A stretch of 64,000 nt of DNA from NCBI GenBank assembly GCA_033764015.1, contig JANRJK010000013.1, positions 512,001 to 576,000 of the forward strand, read 5' to 3'. A program made the position numbers and the translations under genes. Source of the DNA: Candidatus Sumerlaeia bacterium. Lineage in GTDB: Bacteria > Sumerlaeota > Sumerlaeia > SLMS01 > JANRJK01. This document shows, piece by piece, positions 8,400-18,100 of this stretch. Numbering within the stretch: position 1 is the first letter of the stretch; each line of letters opens with the position of its first letter. The notes under the pieces were generated by a model that saw only the letters and a program-made list of their open reading frames with translations, did no database searches and was not told the DNA's origin.

Positions 8400-11300
8400 T
8401 TAGGAGATGGCGCCCGCGGGGCGGTGCCCGCGGGACGGCGCCGGGGCGGTGTCGCCAGCGACGCGGCTCGTGTACTCGTTCCAACTGCGGATCTGCATCT
8501 GGTCCGGCTTGATGTAGGTGAGCGCCTCCGCGAGGCGGCGCACGAGCTGGCGGTTCGTCAAGAGCGGCACGCCGAAGTCCACCGCCGCGCGCCGGATCAG
8601 GTAGTCGTTCGTCAACTCGTCGTCCTGGTAGTTCTTCGGGATGTTGATGACGAGATCAATCTTCTTCTCGCGGATGTAGTCGATGGTGTTCGGCTTCTTG
8701 GTCTCCATGGGCCAATGCAGCGCCGTGGCGGAGAAGCCGTTCTCGATCAGGAAGAGCGCGCTGCCCATGGTGGCGTAGAACTGGATGCCGAGGTCGGCGA
8801 ACGCCTTCATGGATTCAAGCAGCTCCGCCTTCGACGCGATGTCGCCGGAGGAGATCAGGATCGACTTGATCGGGAAGCGGTAGCCGACCGCGATGAGCGA
8901 TTTGAGGAACGCCTCATAGAAGTTGTCGCCGAAGCAGGCCACCTCGCCGGTGGACGTCATCTCGACGCCGAGCGCGGGGTCGGCGCCCTCGAGGCGCAGG
9001 AACGAGAAGTGGGGCGCCTTCACCGCGACGTAGGGGAGGTCGAAGAACGGCCGCGTGGCGGGGGCAACGCGCTCGCCCATGATCACCCGCGTCGCCGTGT
9101 CGATGAAGTTGCGGTTTGCGACCTTGGAGACGAACGGGAAGCTGCGCGAAGCGCGCAGGTTGCACTCGATCACCTTGATGAAGTTCTTCCGCGCGAGGAA
9201 CTGGATGTTGAACGGTCCGTTGATGCGGAGCGCGGCGGCGATCTTGCGCGCCGTCTCGAGCACCACGCGCATCGTCTCGAGGTAGATGCGCTGCGGCGGC
9301 AGCACCAGCGTGGCGTCGCCGGAGTGCACGCCCGCGTTCTCGACGTGCTCGCAGAAGGCGTACTCGACGATCTCGCCGTCCTGCGCCACGCCGTCGAACT
9401 CGATCTCCTTGGCGTTGTCGAAGAACTTCGAGATGACAACGGGATACTCGCGCGACACGGCGGCGGCGCGTCCGATGAAGCGCTCGAACTCCGCGTCGTT
9501 CGACGCGACCGCCATCGCCGAGCCGGAGAGCACGTAGGACGGGCGCACCAGCACGGGGTAGCCGATCTTGTTGGCGAAGAGCTTCGCCTCCGCGCCGTCG
9601 GCCAGCTGCGCCCATTCAGGCTGGTCCACGCCGAGCTCGTCGAGGAGCGCGGAGAAGCGGAGGCGGTTCTCCGCGCGGTCGATGCTCTCCGGCGCGGTGC
9701 CGAGGATTCGGAAGCCGGCGCGGTGCAGCTTGAGCGCCAGGTTGTTCGGCGTCTGCCCGCCCATGGAGACGATGGCGCCTTCGACCCGGAGCGTGCGGAA
9801 GATCTCCGCGATCGTCTCGAGGCTGAGTTCGTCGAAAACCAGCATGTCCGACTCGTCGTAGTCCGTCGAGACGGTCTCGGGATTGCAGTTGAGCATGACG
9901 GTGTTGAAGCCCGCCTTGCGGAGCGTCATGGCGGCGTTCACGGCGCACCAGTCGAACTCGACGCTGGAGCCGATGCGGTACGCGCCGGAGCCGAGGATCA
10001 GGATGGAGCGCTGCGGCGAGGCGGCGGCCTCGTCTTCGAGGCCATGGTAGCTGAAGTAGAGGTAGTTGGTGCGCGCGGGGTACTCGGCCGCGAGCGTGTC
10101 GATCTGCCGGAGCACCGGATGGATGCCGTGCGCCGTGCGGAGCGCGCGGATCGCGTCCTCGTCGCCGCTGCGCATGCGGGCGAGCTGCCGGTCCGCGAAG
10201 CCCATGCGCTTCGCCTCGCGGAGAAGCGGCGCGTCGAGCTCCTCGGCGGCGCGGAGCCGCTGGCCGAGGCGCACCACGCCGGCGATCTTGTGGAGGAACC
10301 AGCGGTCGATGTGCGTCAGCGCGTGGATCCGGTCCACGGTCCAGCCCTGGTCGAGCGCCTCGACCACGGAGAAGATGCGCTCCTCCGTCGGCTCCGCGAG
10401 GTCCGTCGCAAGGTCCTCGGAGCCGAAGCCGCTGTTGGCGTAGAGGCCCATGGCGCCGACCTCGATCATGCGGAGCGCCTTCTGCATCGCCTCCTCGAAG
10501 GTGCGGCCGATGGCCATCACTTCGCCGACGGACTTCATGCTGGAGCCGATGCGGCGCACGGCGTGCCGGAACTTGCGGAGGTCCCAGCGCGGCACCTTTA
10601 CAACGATATAGTCGAGCGCGGGCTCGAAGAACGCCGTGGTCACCTTCGTGATCGCGTTGGGGATCTCGTGCAGGCTGTAGCCCAGCGCGAGCTTCGCCGC
10701 GACGAACGCCAGCGGGTAGCCGGTCGCCTTGCTCGCCAGCGCGGAGCTGCGCGATAGGCGCGCGTTCACTTCGATCACGCGGTAACGCTCGGACTTCGGA
10801 TCGAGCGCGTACTGGATGTTGCACTCGCCGACGATGCCGAGGTCGCGCACCACGCGGATCGCGACCTCGCGCAGCATGTGGTACTCGCGGTTCGTGAGCG
10901 TCTGACTGGGCGCCACGACGATGCTCTCGCCGGTGTGGATGCCGAGCGGGTCGAGGTTCTCCATGTTGCAGACGGTGATGCAGTTGTCCGCCGCGTCGCG
11001 GACCACCTCGTACTCGATCTCCTTCCAGCCTTCGAGGTACTCCTCGACGAGGAGCTGGGGGGAGAGGGCTAGGGCCTTGTGCGCGCGCTCCGTGAGCTGC
11101 GCCTTGTCGCGGCAGACGCCGGAGCCCAGGCCGCCGAGCGCGAAGGCAGCGCGCGCCATCACCGGGTAGCCCAGCTCCTCCGCGGTCGCGAGCGCCTCCT
11201 CCAGCGTGGTGCAGGCTCGGCTGCGCGGCGAGGGCACGCCGAGCTTGTCGAGGCGCCGCACGAACAGCTCGCGGTCCTCCGTGTCGCGGATCGCCTCGAC

Positions 11301-11651
11301 GGGCGTGCCGAGCACGCGGACGTTGTGCTTCGCGAGGACGCCGCGCTTCTCGAGCGCGAGGCCGCAGTTGAGCGCCGTCTGTCCGCCGAAGCTGAGCAGC
11401 AGTCCGTCCGGCTTCTCGCGTTCGATCACGCGCTCGACGAAGTCCGGGTTCACCGGGAGGAAATACACCCGGTCCGCCAGGTGGTCGGAGGTCTGGATCG
11501 TGGCGATGTTCGGGTTGATGAGGATCGTTTCGATCCCCTCCTGCTTGAGGGCCTTGATGGCCTGCGCGCCGGAGTAGTCGAACTCGCCGGCCTCGCCGAT
11601 CTTGAGCGCGCCGCTCCCGAGGATGACGACCTTCTTGGGATGCTCGATCAT
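8400..11651 (-). CDS. carB: Carbamoyl-phosphate synthase large subunit
   Basis: Starts MIEHPKKVVILGSGALKIGEAGEFDYSG. Two ATP-grasp halves (EVNARLSRSSALASKATGYP; ECNLRASRSFPFVSK) and a C-terminal MGS domain. ATG overlaps the carA stop (ATGA). Confidence 0.96.
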   Translation of the reverse strand: MIEHPKKVVILGSGALKIGEAGEFDYSGAQAIKALKQEGIETILINPNIATIQTSDHLADRVYFLPVNPDFVERVIEREKPDGLLLSFGGQTALNCGLALEKRGVLAKHNVRVLGTPVEAIRDTEDRELFVRRLDKLGVPSPRSRACTTLEEALATAEELGYPVMARAAFALGGLGSGVCRDKAQLTERAHKALALSPQLLVEEYLEGWKEIEYEVVRDAADNCITVCNMENLDPLGIHTGESIVVAPSQTLTNREYHMLREVAIRVVRDLGIVGECNIQYALDPKSERYRVIEVNARLSRSSALASKATGYPLAFVAAKLALGYSLHEIPNAITKVTTAFFEPALDYIVVKVPRWDLRKFRHAVRRIGSSMKSVGEVMAIGRTFEEAMQKALRMIEVGAMGLYANSGFGSEDLATDLAEPTEERIFSVVEALDQGWTVDRIHALTHIDRWFLHKIAGVVRLGQRLRAAEELDAPLLREAKRMGFADRQLARMRSGDEDAIRALRTAHGIHPVLRQIDTLAAEYPARTNYLYFSYHGLEDEAAASPQRSILILGSGAYRIGSSVEFDWCAVNAAMTLRKAGFNTVMLNCNPETVSTDYDESDMLVFDELSLETIAEIFRTLRVEGAIVSMGGQTPNNLALKLHRAGFRILGTAPESIDRAENRLRFSALLDELGVDQPEWAQLADGAEAKLFANKIGYPVLVRPSYVLSGSAMAVASNDAEFERFIGRAAAVSREYPVVISKFFDNAKEIEFDGVAQDGEIVEYAFCEHVENAGVHSGDATLVLPPQRIYLETMRVVLETARKIAAALRINGPFNIQFLARKNFIKVIECNLRASRSFPFVSKVANRNFIDTATRVIMGERVAPATRPFFDLPYVAVKAPHFSFLRLEGADPALGVEMTSTGEVACFGDNFYEAFLKSLIAVGYRFPIKSILISSGDIASKAELLESMKAFADLGIQFYATMGSALFLIENGFSATALHWPMETKKPNTIDYIREKKIDLVINIPKNYQDDELTNDYLIRRAAVDFGVPLLTNRQLVRRLAEALTYIKPDQMQIRSWNEYTSRVAGDTAPAPSRGHRPAGAIS

Positions 11652-12745
11652 GCCTGGACCTTTGCGAGGAACTCGTCGAACAGCGTGGCGGTGTCCACCG
11701 GGCCGGGGGCGGCCTCGGGGTGGAACTGCACGGAGAACTTGGTGCCGGAGGCGTGCCGCATGCCTTCGTTGGTGCCATCGTTCAGGTTGGTGAAGAGCGG
11801 CTCCCAATCCTGCGGCAGCGTCTTCTCGTCCACGGCGAAGCTGTGGTTCTGCGAGGTGATGAAGCAGCGACCGTCGGTGGTGCGGCGCACGGGCTGGTTC
11901 TGGCCGCGGTGGCCGAACTTGAGCTTGTAGGTCTTCGCGCCGAGCGCGAGCGCCATGAGCTGGTGCCCGAGGCAGATGCCCATCACCGGAGTGTCGCCTC
12001 GGAGCACCTCGCGCAGGCGCTCGATGGTGGGCCGCGCCATGGTGGGGTCGCCGGGACCGTTCGACATCACGAAGCCGTCGGGCTTCTCCTGGGTGAAGTC
12101 GTAGTCCCAGGGCACGCGCTTCACGCGGAGGCCGCGCTCCGCGAGGTTGCGGACGATGTTCTCTTTGCAGCCGCAGTCGACGACGACGATGCGCCAGGTG
12201 CCCGAGCCGAACTCCTCCGGCGCGCCGGCGGAGACCTGCGCCACGAGGTTGTCCGCGTCCGGGTCGTAGTAGGGCACGTCGGCGCCGGCGACGATGATCT
12301 TGCCGAGCATCGTGCCGTGCTGGCGGATCACGCGCGTCAGCGCCCGCGTGTCCACGCCGGTGATCGCGGGGACGCCCTCGGAGGCGAGCCACTCGCCGAG
12401 GCTGCGCCCCGCGCTCCAGTGGCTGAAGTCCTCGGCGTAGTCCGCAACCACGAGTCCGCTGGCCTGGATGCGGTCGGACTCCATGCCGACGGATCGCAGC
12501 GCGCCCTCGGAGCCGCCCTGCATGCCGTAGTTGCCTTGCAGCGGATACGTCAGCGCGAGGATCTGCCCCCGGTAGGAGGGATCCGTCAACGCCTCCGGGT
12601 AGCCGACCATGCCGGTGTTGAAGACGATCTCGCCGGCGCGGGAGGCCGGGGCTCCGAAGCTTTCGCCGGAAAAACGCATGCCGTTGGCGAGGACAAGTTC
12701 GGCGGGTGGGCGCGGGGCGCGCTTCGGCGCGGGGGTATTGCTCAT
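11648..12745 (-). CDS. carA: Carbamoyl-phosphate synthase small subunit
   Basis: GEIVFNTGMVGYPEALTDPSYRGQI, SNGPGDP, GICLGHQ, GHRGQNQP, TSQNH, SVQFHPE. GGAG precedes the ATG at 12745. Confidence 0.96.
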   Translation of the reverse strand: MSNTPAPKRAPRPPAELVLANGMRFSGESFGAPASRAGEIVFNTGMVGYPEALTDPSYRGQILALTYPLQGNYGMQGGSEGALRSVGMESDRIQASGLVVADYAEDFSHWSAGRSLGEWLASEGVPAITGVDTRALTRVIRQHGTMLGKIIVAGADVPYYDPDADNLVAQVSAGAPEEFGSGTWRIVVVDCGCKENIVRNLAERGLRVKRVPWDYDFTQEKPDGFVMSNGPGDPTMARPTIERLREVLRGDTPVMGICLGHQLMALALGAKTYKLKFGHRGQNQPVRRTTDGRCFITSQNHSFAVDEKTLPQDWEPLFTNLNDGTNEGMRHASGTKFSVQFHPEAAPGPVDTATLFDEFLAKVQA

Positions 12746-12936
12746 GGACTCGGACTCCTGGGGGACGCCGGGGGCGCACCGCCCCCGACCGGCGGAGATA
12801 CGCGGGCCGGGAACGCCGCGGGGGCAATGGAAGTTGATGGAGCGCGCGCGGCGCAAAGGGCCGATTCCGCTTGCGGCGAGGAGCGCGTTGGCGCTTTGCT
12901 CCTCGGCTCGCGGCGATGCAGATCACACGCCGCGGC

Positions 12937-13012
<76 letters not shown>

Positions 13013-13027
13013 TCGGTTTCCATCCCT

Positions 13028-13114
13028 GGCCGGATGGCAGAGCGGTCAAATGCAGCGGACTGTAAATCCGCCGCCGTAAAGGCTACGAAGGTTCGAATCC
13101 CTCTCCGGCCACCA
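13028..13114 (+). tRNA. tRNA-Tyr(GTA)
   Basis: GGCCGGA/TCCGGCC acceptor stem, anticodon arm GCGGA-CTGTAAA-TCCGC, long variable arm, GGTTCGAATCC, ACCA end. Confidence 0.97.
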
Positions 13115-13120
13115 CCCTTC

Positions 13121-13156
13121 CCGCGCCGCCCCGACCGGGGCGGCGCGGCCTTTTTT
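13121..13156 (+). terminator. Rho-independent terminator of the tRNA operon
   Basis: Hairpin CCGCGCCGCCCC-GACC-GGGGCGGCGCGG followed by CCTTTTTT. Confidence 0.88.
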
Positions 13157-14241
13157 CAGCCGTCGAGCCGCGGCTTCATGAACTCCCAGGCGGCGTTGAT
13201 GCGCCGCGCCTTCTCCTCCGCCATCTGGCGGAAGTCGGGGTCGTCCACGAAGCGATCCGGATGGTAGCGCTTCATCAGGTCGCGGTATGCGCGGCGCACC
13301 TCGTCCGGGTCCGACTTCGGCGGTAGCCCCAAGATAACCATCGCCTGCGTGACGCTGAGGACAACGAACGCCTCCGGTTGCGGCGGCGGTGGTGGCGGCG
13401 GGGGAGCGGCGGTCGGCGGCACCGGCCGCGAAGGCCGTGGCTCGTCCCGCGGGGGCGCGGCGGGCGGCGGCGCCGCGGCGGAGGGCCGCGCCCCGCCGGC
13501 GAGGGACCAGCCCCCCTGCCCGTCCGCGCGCACCGCCCGCTTCAGCTCGCCTTGGAACAGGCGCGAGACCGCCATCGCGTCCGTCTTGTGCCGCATGCGG
13601 GCGAGGCGCTCCACGATATCGGCGGTGCGCATCGGCCCTTGAGCGCCGTTGAGCACCGACCACACGGCGAGCCCGAGGGGAGACAGCCCCGGCGGCGGGC
13701 CGGCCACCTCGATGGCGATGGGCTTGCCGACGCCGAGTTCGTCGAGCGGCCGCAGGGATCCCTCGACGCCGCGGATCAACCGGCCGACGGCCGCGCGCAA
13801 CTGGCTCACCAGCGTCCGCCAGCCGCCGTCGATTTCGACCAGCGAGGGAATGTCGTCCGTCTGCCAGCCCACTTGGGCGGCCTTGGACAGCACGACCGCC
13901 TTCTCGCCCTGCTCCTTCGGATATCCCTTTCGGATGCGCTCCGCGATCGAGACCGTCATGCAGAGCGCGGCGTCGTAGTTCGCGAGCAGCTCCGGCGTGA
14001 GCGGGCGGCTGCGATGGTACGCGAGGTTCAAGTGGTCGAGCTGCGCGAGGTGCACGACTTCCTCGGGCGGCGGCTGGGCGACAGGCGCGCGCAGGCCCGC
14101 GGAGTCGAAGTTCATGCCGACCACGTGCTGCTGCGCGACGATGCCCTGCGCGATTTCGCGCGCTAGGGGCCCGCGGCACAGGTCGTCCTGGCTGACGAAC
14201 AGCAGTCGGAGATGTGAGAGGTGGGTGTTGCGCGGTCGCAC
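13156..14241 (-). CDS. Fusion of a degenerate LMW protein-tyrosine-phosphatase-like domain, a putative winged-helix segment, a Pro-rich linker and a C-terminal DnaJ J-domain
   Basis: N-terminal LLFVSQDDLCRGPLARE...DSAGL...HRSRPLT..LLANYDAALCMT (LMW-PTP fold pattern). C-terminal ILGLPP...EVRRAYRDLMKRYHPDR...RINAAWE (J-domain with HPD). Start uncertain (GTG 14241 or TTG 14328). Confidence 0.78.
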   Translation of the reverse strand: MRPRNTHLSHLRLLFVSQDDLCRGPLAREIAQGIVAQQHVVGMNFDSAGLRAPVAQPPPEEVVHLAQLDHLNLAYHRSRPLTPELLANYDAALCMTVSIAERIRKGYPKEQGEKAVVLSKAAQVGWQTDDIPSLVEIDGGWRTLVSQLRAAVGRLIRGVEGSLRPLDELGVGKPIAIEVAGPPPGLSPLGLAVWSVLNGAQGPMRTADIVERLARMRHKTDAMAVSRLFQGELKRAVRADGQGGWSLAGGARPSAAAPPPAAPPRDEPRPSRPVPPTAAPPPPPPPPQPEAFVVLSVTQAMVILGLPPKSDPDEVRRAYRDLMKRYHPDRFVDDPDFRQMAEEKARRINAAWEFMKPRLDG

Positions 14242-14430
14242 TCGGTCGGGGCCGCCTGTGTCGCCGGTTGCGTGTCGGGCCGGCTGCGGAGCGTCGACGA
14301 TTGCGGACGCAGCGGGGGGGAAAGGCAACCGCTACGTCCGCGCGGTCGGATCGCCGGGCCATTGTGCTTGCGTGCGCGGGGTGGTTGGGGGCACGATCTG
14401 GAATCCCGCTTCGGCGGGGTCGAACACCGT

Positions 14431-14795
14431 GGGGGCGACAGGCTTCGACGGGGTGAGACGAGAGAGAGGCTGCAGGCCGGGCAAGGCAGCGCGCATCCCG
14501 TTAAACTGCTCGCGGCAACTAGTACCTGCCAACAACGACTTGGCTCTCGCTGCCTAACTGGTAGCGACGCTCTAGGAGGATTGGGCCCGTGGCCCTCCAT
14601 AGAGTGTCATCCTTACGGGCTTGGCCGAGGAGGCCCCGGCGGGGGCGTCCGACGCGACACCAATCCCGCCTGGCGGTTCCGGCAGGACCTGTGGGATTCC
14701 AACCGGCCCGCGAGACCCCTAACTTCCCGCTAAGCCTGTAGACGCAGCTCTCAGATCCATTCCGGACGCGGGTTCAATTCCCGCCGCCTCCACCA
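14431..14795 (+). ncRNA. ssrA: tmRNA (transfer-messenger RNA), tag peptide (A)ANNDLALAA
   Basis: The 5' end GGGGGCGACAGGCTTCGAC and 3' end GACGCGGGTTCAATTCCCGCCGCCTCCACCA form an alanine-type acceptor stem with a G3-U pair. Internal tag frame 14528-14557 encodes ANNDLALAA*. Confidence 0.96.
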
Positions 14796-15130
14796 CTCCA
14801 ACCAAACACCAGGGGCCCCGCACCCGCCTCACCACTCAGAAACAAGGGGCTCCCCCGCCCGCCCCTACAGAGTATCCCGGAATTCGACGTCAAGACCCCG
14901 CACGGATGACGCAGGGCCCTCCACCGGCCCTTCCGCGGTTCTCCCGCGGACCTCCGCGCGCCCCCCCCCTTCAACTCCAAAATCTCGGGGAGTTCCCCCC
15001 CCGCTCCACGCTGCAGCCGCGGGCCCAGAGGCTCCGACTCGATTGCCCACCCCGCAAACAATTCCATTGCGGGGAGTTCTCGTCGTGATGATCGTTCGCC
15101 CCCATCGAAATCCCCCATGGAGTGTCGATC

Positions 15131-18100
15131 ATGCGCCCTACCAAATGTGCCGTCGCGCTCGTTGCTTCGCTGTCCTTCGCGGTAGAGGGAATGGCTGGTA
15201 CGATTTCCGTCAATTCGACGGCGGACACCGTGGCGAACGACGCCTTCGTGACGTTCCGGGAAGCGCTCCTGATAGCGCGCGGCGACCGCGTACCGTACGA
15301 TAACCCGATCATTGGGCAGCCGGACGAGCTTTCACAGATTTCGGGCTCCGTGGGCGCAGGCTTCGCCGACGTGATCAACGTTTCCTCCACTTTCAGTCCC
15401 ATCGCGATCACCTCCCTGCTCCCGACGCTGAGCAACTCTACCGACGAGATTTTCGCTGCCTCCGCCACCATCATCGACGCCTCCGCGGTCTCCACGACGA
15501 TCGGAACGCCGCTCTTCGACCTCTCGACGTCGGGCCACCGAATCCGGGGGCTGACGATATCCGGCTACCAAGGGACCGCGATCCGAATCTCCGCGAGCGG
15601 CACAACGCTTGACGGCACCATCATCTCCGGCTGCCGCTCGGGCCCCGGTCTCCACCTCATCGCCGGGGCCACCGGTGCCACGATCCAAAACGTCGTGGTT
15701 TCGGGCACGGAAGGCGACGGCATCCTATTGGAGGGCGCTTCGGGCAACACGCTCAACCAAGTCTACTCCTTCTCGAACGAGGGCTCGGGTTTCGTGCTGA
15801 AAGGCACCGGCACGACGAACAACTCGATCTACAACTTCTCCTCGGGCGTCGGCACCCCGGCGCAGGGCTTTCCGAACGCCGGCAACACAGGCTGGGGCGT
15901 GGTGGTGCGCGACGGCGCGAACGGCAACCACTTCCAGAATCCCAGCGGCGCCGAGTCGACCAGCTTGATCGCCGGCAATTCGCTCGGCGGCATGTGGATC
16001 ACCGGCTCTGGAACCAACAACAACGACATGTCCACCATCGCCTTCGGCTACTCCGTGGCGAATCCCGCTTGGATCGGGAACGGGGTGAATTCCGGGCTGG
16101 TCGTGGATGGCGGTGCGCAGGGCAACCAGCTCGGCGCCGAGGGCTTCACGACGGGGATGACGTTCGGCGGCCACTCCGCATCCGCAATCCGCATCTCCGG
16201 CCCGCAAACGACCGGCAACGACCTTCGCCACATCTACGTAGGGCGCGGCGAGAACCCAGGCATCAGGCTGCCAAACTTCAGCCACGGCATCGAGATCACC
16301 GACGGCGCAGGGGCGATGCTGATCGGCGGCGACGTCGAGCTGAGCCAGATCGAAATCGATTTCAACCCGGGCGGCAGCGGGATCTTCCTGAACGGCACGA
16401 ACGCCGCCGACCCGATCGACGACATCACCATCGGCGTCTTCCACATCGGCGAGGAAGGCGAGGGCCCGGGTGGCCTTCCTACCATCGGCGGCGACGGCAT
16501 CCGCATCGAGGGGAACGTGGACGGCGTTGTGGTTGGCGGCGGAGCCAGCTTCAACCACCCGAACCACCTTTGCGGGGCTGCGGGGTACGGCCTCCGAATC
16601 TCGGGGGGGCAAGTCAACGACGTTGAACTGGTCCAGATCCACGCCGGCACGGCGAACACCCCTGTGCCAAACTTCATGGGGGGAGTCTACATCGGCAACG
16701 GCGCTCGAAATGTGCGCTTCAACCAGAACGTCTTCTCCTACATCGGCGGAAATCTGGGTCCCGGCATCTTCGTGGACGCCTCCCTCACGCCGCCGAGGGA
16801 TATTGGCATCACGCGCTGCTACATCGGCCGTGGCCAGTTCAGCTCAACGGGCTTCAGCAACTCAGGCGCTGGCGTCTTCGTGAAGGGCGGCGACACGTCC
16901 ACCACCGCTCTTACCGGAGTATCAATAGGCGGAACACAGGCCTTCGAGTTCAACAACATCATTGGCAACACCGGCCCCGGCATCCAACTTCAGCGGGTGT
17001 CTGGCGCGAAGGTCGTCAATAACAGCGTTGGCTACCTCGAAGGCACCACCACCGCGGCCCCGAACGGCGTCGCGGGCATCGAAATCGAGGCCTGCGATAA
17101 TCTCCAGATCGGGGGACCAACCAATCCCGAGCGCAACTTTATCGCAGGCAATTCGCAGGCTGGAATCAGGATCCGCAACTCGCACACGCTTTCGATCCAC
17201 AACAACCAGATCGGTATCCTTGGCGACTCGATCATTGCCAATCAGGGCCCCGGCATCCAGATCGCTTCTCCCGGTCCTCCCTCCGGCATGTTTCTCACTA
17301 TCGGAGGAACCGGCTCGAACGAGGGTAACACGATTTCCGGGAACCTGGACGCAGGCATCGAGGTGGACACGCAGGGCGCCGCTGCCCCTGTGGAGCGCAT
17401 CCGCATCGAAGGCAACCGCATCGGCACCGACTCCACCGGCGTGCTGGCGCGCGCAAACAAGTACGGCATCTTCCTGCGCGGCGACTTGCTCGACGACGTT
17501 CTCGTCGGCCATGCGACGAGTACCGCAGGCAGCAACACGATCTCCGGAAACACGGAAGCGGGCATCCACATCGAAGGCGCCGACGGCTGGCGCGTGGTCG
17601 GCAACAAGATCGGCACCGACATCAATGGACTCTCAGCGGTCCCGAACGGGTACGGCGTCGACCTGCAGTTCACCCAGCGCGGTGAATTGGGACCGCCCAA
17701 CGCCGCTCAGCGCCGGAACACGATCTCGGGCAACAGCATCGCGGGCATTCGCATCGGCGACGGCGTTTACGGGGCGGTAAAGATCTGGCGCAACGACATC
17801 GGCATCTCAACCGAGTTGGCCGTTGGAAATCTTGACGGCATCCTCGTTCACCGCCGGAACGCGGTCGAGGGCCCCCTCACCATTGGCGGCGCAACGTCGA
17901 CCCTCTTCGACTCGACCATTTCCATCGAAGAGGGGAACGTGATCTCCGGAAACACGCGCGACGGCATTCGAGTCTTCCCGGAAAGCGACGGCCTCGGCAT
18001 CGACAAGTTGAGCATCTGGGGCAACTTCATCGGAACCGACACGCCAGGCGTGAACCCGATTCCCAACATCGGCGCGGGAATCCGCATTGCCGGCTCGGCG

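Noticed and set aside
11652..12926. 425-codon N-terminal extension of carB in the ORF track (apparent 1508-aa protein)
   Set aside because: It is an off-frame read-through across carA (Arg/Pro/Gly-rich, no motifs). The real carB starts at the ATGA overlap. There is no evidence for a CarA-CarB fusion or frameshift.
14405..14418. CCCGC-TTCG-GCGGG hairpin just upstream of tmRNA as a separate RNA element
   Set aside because: It is only a 5-bp stem, most simply part of the pre-tmRNA leader.
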